64,000 nucleotides of DNA from an uncultured Spirochaetota bacterium (GTDB lineage Bacteria > Spirochaetota > Spirochaetia > SZUA-6 > Fen-1364): positions 576,001 to 640,000 of the forward strand of contig CAVTHO010000008.1 of assembly GCA_963734545.1 (NCBI GenBank). Direction: 5' to 3'. Under the pieces are notes generated by a model. That model saw nothing but the letters and a program-made list of their open reading frames with translations, did no database searches and had not been told where the DNA came from. Positions 55,725-64,000 of the stretch are shown piece after piece (the stretch's first letter is position 1; every line of letters begins with the position of its first letter). Made by a program: the position numbers and the translations under genes.

Positions 55725-57018
55725 CACCGTGGCTGTCTGGATTCTCTGCGTCAGCTTCGTCGTCTTCCTCGTGCTGAGGTTCCCCGTGGCCCTGGTCCTC
55801 GTTCTTTCGTCCCTGGCCACCCTCTGGTATCTCCAGATGCCCATTGTGGTGGTGGCCCAGCAGACCCTGCAGGGCATAAACGCCTTCTCGCTCCTTGCCA
55901 TCCCCTTCTTCATCATGACGGGGCAGCTCCTGGGCGCGGGAGGCCTGGCAAACCGGATCGTCAACTTCGCAAACGTCTTTGTCGGGCGTCTCCCCGGCGG
56001 TCTTTCGATCGTCAATTCCGTGGCCTGCATGTTCTTCGGGAACCTCTCCGGCTCCGCCGTTGCGGACACGTCGGCCATCGGGTCGGTCATGATCCCCATC
56101 ATGAAGAAGAAAGGCTACTCGGCGGAATACTCCGTGGGCGTCACGATAAGCTCCGCCATCCAGGGCGTCGTGGTCCCGCCCAGCCACAACCTCGTCCTGT
56201 ATTCGATCGTCGCGTCCAGCGTCGTGGGCGGCCTGTCTGTCGGGAAGCTCTTCATGGCAGGCGTGGTACCCGGCCTTCTCCTTCTTGCCACCCTGTGCGT
56301 CGTCGGCGTCATCATCAGCATCAAGCGCGGCTACCCGAAGGGGGATCCGGTCGAGCGCAAGGCCATCCCTCTGATAGTCTTCCACGGCCTCGTCTCCCTC
56401 ACGCCCGCCTTCATCATCCTCGGTTCCATAATCGGCGGGCTCGCCACCGCCACAGAGGCCGGTGCGCTGGCCGTTGTCTACTCCTTCTGCCTGGGATTCT
56501 TCGTTTACCGGGAGATCAAGCCGCGGCATCTCTGGCCGGTTCTCGTCCGCACTTTCCGCACCGTGCTCATGGTGTTCTTCCTCATTGGAGCATCGGGCGC
56601 ATTTGGCTACACCATGACGATTCTCCGGCTGCCTGACCTCATCACGCAGGGATTTCTCCAGATCTCCCACTCGCCCATCGTCATCCTGTTGATGATCAAC
56701 ATACTCCTTCTCCTGCTCGGCGGTCCCATGGACATGGCCCCCATGATCGTCATCCTGACGCCGATCCTCCTGCCGGTATGCGTCAAGCTCGGGATGGATC
56801 CCATCCAGTTCGGCCTCCTCCTCATCTTCAACGCGGGCATGGGATTGCTGACGCCCCCGGTGGGTACCGTCCTCTTCGTCGGATGCGCAATCGGAAAGGT
56901 GAGCGTCAATGCAGGCACGAAAGCCATGATGCCCTTTTTCCTTTCCATGCTGGTCGTGCTCTTCCTCATCACCTACATCCCCACGGTCACCATGTGGCTC
57001 CCGAGCTTCGTCAAATGA
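55714..57018 (+). CDS. dctM: TRAP large permease
   Basis: LLAIPFF, SGSAVAD, PPSH, ATEAG, GLLTPPVG. Confidence 0.92.
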   Translation: MPSNTVAVWILCVSFVVFLVLRFPVALVLVLSSLATLWYLQMPIVVVAQQTLQGINAFSLLAIPFFIMTGQLLGAGGLANRIVNFANVFVGRLPGGLSIVNSVACMFFGNLSGSAVADTSAIGSVMIPIMKKKGYSAEYSVGVTISSAIQGVVVPPSHNLVLYSIVASSVVGGLSVGKLFMAGVVPGLLLLATLCVVGVIISIKRGYPKGDPVERKAIPLIVFHGLVSLTPAFIILGSIIGGLATATEAGALAVVYSFCLGFFVYREIKPRHLWPVLVRTFRTVLMVFFLIGASGAFGYTMTILRLPDLITQGFLQISHSPIVILLMINILLLLLGGPMDMAPMIVILTPILLPVCVKLGMDPIQFGLLLIFNAGMGLLTPPVGTVLFVGCAIGKVSVNAGTKAMMPFFLSMLVVLFLITYIPTVTMWLPSFVK

Positions 57019-57026
57019 GGGCTTCC

Positions 57027-57365
57027 ATGCCGGACAACTTTTTCTTCGATTCAGATATCCAGGCTGAAATCCTGGAGACCGGAAAGCTGTCGCGAAAGGT
57101 ACGGGCGCATGGCGGACGCCTCATGCTCGTGGAGGTCATCTTCGCGGCGGGTGCCGTGGGTGCGCTCCATGAGCACCCGCACGAGCAGGCCACGTATTGT
57201 CTCTCCGGAGAGTTCGCCTTCCGCGTCGGGGACACGACCATGACCCTCCGCCCGGGAGACTCCGTGCACATTCCCGGCTCCGTCCCGCACGGGGTGACCT
57301 GCGTGGCGGCGGGCCGGCTGCTCGATACCTTTACTCCGCCGCGGGAGGATTTTCTCCCGCATTGA
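57027..57365 (+). CDS. kdgF: Cupin, KdgF-like
   Basis: HEHPHEQ, PHGV, LDTFTPPREDF; adjacent to kduI. Confidence 0.75.
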   Translation: MPDNFFFDSDIQAEILETGKLSRKVRAHGGRLMLVEVIFAAGAVGALHEHPHEQATYCLSGEFAFRVGDTTMTLRPGDSVHIPGSVPHGVTCVAAGRLLDTFTPPREDFLPH

Positions 57366-57415
57366 AAGGGGCGGCCGGTTTGCCGCGCCGTCGACCACAG
57401 AGGCCTGGAGGAGAC

Positions 57416-58252
57416 ATGGAACTGGAAACCCGTTTTGCGCACCATCCCGACGACGTCAGGGGCTACGACACTGACTCTTTGCGGCGTCATTTCCTCGTCG
57501 ACAGCGTCTTTGTTCCCGGGGCCTCGAAGCTCACGTATACGCACGTCGATCGCGTCATTTTCGGCGGTATCATGCCCACGGCCGGCACACTGGAGCTGGT
57601 CGGAGGCAAGGAGCTGGGGACGGAGCGATTCCTCGACCGCCGGGAGCTCGGCCTCATCAACATCGGAGGACCCGGCCGGGTCATCCTGGACGGGAGTCCG
57701 CGCCTCCTGAAGAAAGGCGACGGTCTCTACGTCGGCCGGGGGACCGCGGCGGTCGCCTTCGAGAGCTCTGACCCGGGGAATCCCGCGAAGCTCTATCTGA
57801 TGAGCTGCCCCGCGCACGCGACCTATCCCACGGTCACGATCGAATTCGACAAGGCGAGCCCAAAAAAGGCGGGCGCGCCGGAAAGCTCGAATGCGCGGAC
57901 GATCTACCAGTACGTCCATCCCGCCGTCTGCAGGAGCTGCCAGCTCGTCATGGGGATGACCCTGCTGGAGCCGGGCAGCGTCTGGAACACCTTCCCCCCC
58001 CACACGCACGAACGCCGCATGGAGGTCTATTTCTACTTCGACATGGACCCGGGCACGCGCGTGTTCCATCTCCATGGCAGGCCTGATGAGACACGGCACA
58101 TCGTCATGGCCAGCGAGCAGGCGGTCATCTCTCCCTCGTGGTCCATCCACGCGGGGGTCGGCACGGGAAAATACTCGTTCATCTGGGGCATGGCGGGCGA
58201 GAATCAGACCTTCGATGATATGGACGGCATCGCCCCTTCTGGGCTTCGGTAA
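57416..58252 (+). CDS. kduI: 5-dehydro-4-deoxy-D-glucuronate isomerase
   Basis: YTHVDR, FLDRRELG, WNTFPPHTHERRMEVYFYF, SPSWSIH, WGMAGENQ. Confidence 0.95.
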   Translation: MELETRFAHHPDDVRGYDTDSLRRHFLVDSVFVPGASKLTYTHVDRVIFGGIMPTAGTLELVGGKELGTERFLDRRELGLINIGGPGRVILDGSPRLLKKGDGLYVGRGTAAVAFESSDPGNPAKLYLMSCPAHATYPTVTIEFDKASPKKAGAPESSNARTIYQYVHPAVCRSCQLVMGMTLLEPGSVWNTFPPHTHERRMEVYFYFDMDPGTRVFHLHGRPDETRHIVMASEQAVISPSWSIHAGVGTGKYSFIWGMAGENQTFDDMDGIAPSGLR

Positions 58253-58268
58253 GCTGCGGGAGGACATT

Positions 58269-59039
58269 ATGACCGGCAGGGCGGACATGTTCAGAATCGA
58301 CGGCAAGGTGGCAATCGTCACGGGCTCCGAGCGGGGGCTCGGCCGCGGCATGGCAACGGCGCTTGCCGAGGCGGGGGCGGATATTCTCGGCGTCACGTAC
58401 GCACCGGCGGCGCCCGAGACCGCGGCAGCCGTTGCCGCCGCGCGCAGGCGATACGTGCACCTGCAGGCCGACCTGATGACGCTGGAGCCCGTTCCCCGCA
58501 TCATCGAAACAGCGGTCAACGAGTTCGGGCGCATCGATATCCTCGTCAACAATGCCGGCATCATCACGCGCAATGACGCCCTCGACTTCACCGAGAAGGA
58601 ATGGGACGATGTCATGGACATCAACCTGAAGACCGTCTTCTTCCTCGCCCAGGCCGTGGCGCGGCGGTTCGTCCAGCAGAAGAGCGGGGGGAAGATAATC
58701 AATGTGGCTTCCATGCTGTCTTTCCAGGGCGGGATCCGCGTCCCCTCGTACACGGCATCCAAGAGCGGCGTCAAGGGCATCACCATGCTCATGGCGAACG
58801 AGTGGGCCAAACACGGAATAAACGCCAACGCAATTGCGCCCGGCTACATGGCCACGGACAACACGGCGCTCCTCAGGGCGGACGAACGCCGGAGCGCCGA
58901 GATCCTCGGGCGCATACCGGCCGGCCGCTGGGGGGAGCCGTCCGACCTCGCCGGCGCCGTCGTATTCCTCGCCTCATCCGCGTCGAACTATGTCAACGGT
59001 CATGTCCTTGCAGTGGACGGAGGCTGGCTCGCCCGCTGA
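58269..59039 (+). CDS. kduD: 2-dehydro-3-deoxy-D-gluconate 5-dehydrogenase
   Basis: SDR fold; ASMLSFQGGIRVPSYTASK, NAIAPGYMATDNT, VDGGWLAR. Confidence 0.95.
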   Translation: MTGRADMFRIDGKVAIVTGSERGLGRGMATALAEAGADILGVTYAPAAPETAAAVAAARRRYVHLQADLMTLEPVPRIIETAVNEFGRIDILVNNAGIITRNDALDFTEKEWDDVMDINLKTVFFLAQAVARRFVQQKSGGKIINVASMLSFQGGIRVPSYTASKSGVKGITMLMANEWAKHGINANAIAPGYMATDNTALLRADERRSAEILGRIPAGRWGEPSDLAGAVVFLASSASNYVNGHVLAVDGGWLAR

Positions 59040-59169
59040 TCCGCACCGCTTGCACGGGCCGTCCGGTCGGGTCCGGCGGCAATGTCGGTTTTATCCACCT
59101 TTTCTACGCATCGGGCCCCTTGGAAGCGCCTATCACTCGGCTGACATTGGTCCTTTAAGGAGGAAAGGT

Positions 59170-60474
59170 ATGAGACAACTCTCTGCAATCTTGCTCTTCT
59201 GCCTGGCGCTTGCCGCGCCCGCCCTGGTGGCCGCAGCGCCGCTGCCCATCGTGTCATGGGACTTTCTGGGGGGCGGTGACGGGGTGAAATGGACGCAGCT
59301 TGTCAACGATTTCAATGCCAGCCAGAGCGCGTACAAGGTCTCCAGCACCACTCTTCCCTGGGGCGTGGAGTTCTATACCAGGGTCCACACCGGCGTGGTC
59401 GCGGGAGAGACCGCGGACGTCATGACGTATCACCTTTCGCATTTCCCGACCGGCATCAAGATGGGAGATCTGCGCCCCATCACGGACGCCGAGCTGAAAT
59501 CGGTCGGCCTTTCGTACAAGGACTTCAACCCCACGCTCGTCGCCTACTCGCAGGCCAACAGCGCGGCCTACGGAAAAGCCGGCGTCCTGTACGGCGTGCC
59601 TCTCGACACGCATACGGTCGTGATCTACTACAACAAGGGCCTGCTGACCAAGGCGGGCGTGCTGGGCGGGAACGGGAAGCCCACCGGCACGGCGGGAATC
59701 GATACTTTCACCGCCACCCTGAAGAAGATCAAGGACGCCACCGGAGTCCTTCCGATCACCACGTCTTCCGGGAACGACACGGGCGGCCCGTGGCGTCTCT
59801 GGTACACCCTCTTCTCCCAGATGGGAGGGACGCTGGTGAAGAACGGAAAGCTGGACCTCAGCGCGATGGACACGACGGGCAAGAAAGCCCTGCAGACATT
59901 CCACGACTGGGCATCCCAGGGCCTGATCAATACGGACACGGACTACGGCGCCGCGGTCGCCCTGTTCACCTCCGGCAAGGCGGCGTTCATGATCAACGGA
60001 AACTGGGAAGTTCCCACCATGGTGGACCTGGCGAAGTCCGGCAAGCTCGGATTCGACTATGGAGTCATGGCATTCCCGACGCTCTTCTCCAGGGGCGCAT
60101 CGTTTGCCGATTCGCATGAGCTGGCTATTCCGAACAACACGAAGAACCCCCTCTCGGCGGCAAAGCTGAAGGGCGTCCTCACCTTCATCGCGTACGTGGA
60201 AAAGCATGCGGACGTCTGGGCCGGCGGCGGCCACCTCCCCGCGTACCTGCCGGTGCTGAACGGCAAGGAGCTCGCCGCGATGTCGCCGAACAACCAGTAC
60301 AGCGTCGATGCGGCAAAGATCGTTTCCTTCGAGCCGAATACACCGGTCTTCGGTGTCGGCGGCACGATCTACACCGCGTTCACGAACTTCATGACCCCGG
60401 CGCTCACCGACCAGATCTCGATCGATGACGCGGTCAACCAGTTCAAGAGCGAAGTCACGAAGCTTTCCATGTAA
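59170..60474 (+). CDS. Carbohydrate ABC transporter substrate-binding protein
   Basis: Signal peptide, YGVPLDTH...YYNK, FTSGKAAFMINGNW. Confidence 0.88.
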   Translation: MRQLSAILLFCLALAAPALVAAAPLPIVSWDFLGGGDGVKWTQLVNDFNASQSAYKVSSTTLPWGVEFYTRVHTGVVAGETADVMTYHLSHFPTGIKMGDLRPITDAELKSVGLSYKDFNPTLVAYSQANSAAYGKAGVLYGVPLDTHTVVIYYNKGLLTKAGVLGGNGKPTGTAGIDTFTATLKKIKDATGVLPITTSSGNDTGGPWRLWYTLFSQMGGTLVKNGKLDLSAMDTTGKKALQTFHDWASQGLINTDTDYGAAVALFTSGKAAFMINGNWEVPTMVDLAKSGKLGFDYGVMAFPTLFSRGASFADSHELAIPNNTKNPLSAAKLKGVLTFIAYVEKHADVWAGGGHLPAYLPVLNGKELAAMSPNNQYSVDAAKIVSFEPNTPVFGVGGTIYTAFTNFMTPALTDQISIDDAVNQFKSEVTKLSM

Positions 60475-60496
60475 CCGGGCAGTCTCACCTGCAAGG

Positions 60497-60532
60497 GTCC
60501 CATCCGCAGGCGTGCGGATGGGACGCCTTTTT
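60497..60532 (+). terminator. Hairpin with T tract after the binding-protein gene
   Basis: gtcccatccgca-ggcg-tgcggatgggac followed by gccttttt. Confidence 0.65.
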
Positions 60533-60563
60533 ACACGGCACGGACTTCGCAAGGTAGGGCACA

Positions 60564-63858
<3,295 letters not shown>

Positions 63859-63926
63859 GCTGCGGCCAGGCCGCACCAGGGCATGAGCCTGGTTGCACGG
63901 CGTACCGTGCAGCGTGACGATTGACC

Positions 63927-64000
63927 TTACATCTTGATGCCGGTCAGCGTGACACCCTCGACGAAATACCGCTGCCCGACGAAGAACACGACTATCGGCG
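63927..64000 (-). CDS. 3' end of a carbohydrate ABC permease (partial)
   Basis: Minus strand reads ...PIVVFFVGQRYFVEGVTLTGIKM-stop. Confidence 0.75.
   Translation of the reverse strand, partial: PIVVFFVGQRYFVEGVTLTGIKM

Overview
GC-rich bacterial chromosomal segment from a diderm organism (TolC, beta-barrels, lipoproteins); gene content suggests a free-living spirochaete, which is inference. Housekeeping and metabolic genes include mobA, ppc, ECF sigma/anti-sigma, a DrrAB-like ABC exporter, gltBD, a KamA/EpmB-like enzyme, hrpB, a HisJ-family PHP, a hybrid histidine kinase, an RND pump, an ABC1 kinase and a pectin/arabinan utilisation locus (IclR, TRAP, kdgF-kduI-kduD, sugar ABC, GH51). The standout is a ~14.3 kb tandem array at 12140-26390 arranged A-B-C-D-E / C-D-E / A-B-C-D-E. 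A is an SLH-like secreted protein, B an AlgE-like outer-membrane barrel, C a FecR-like secreted protein with a Thr/Pro-rich tail, D a beta-propeller lipoprotein and E a cytoplasmic GT-A glycosyltransferase with an RRE/PqqD-like N-terminus. A, B and C copies are nearly identical while D and E copies are strongly diverged, suggesting a conserved export/anchoring chassis with swappable cargo-plus-modifier cassettes. The array converges on a CHASE2 adenylate cyclase. Many conserved genes carry small frameshifts clustered in patches, most likely long-read consensus errors, so pseudogene calls are uncertain. All family assignments were made by eye, without database searches.
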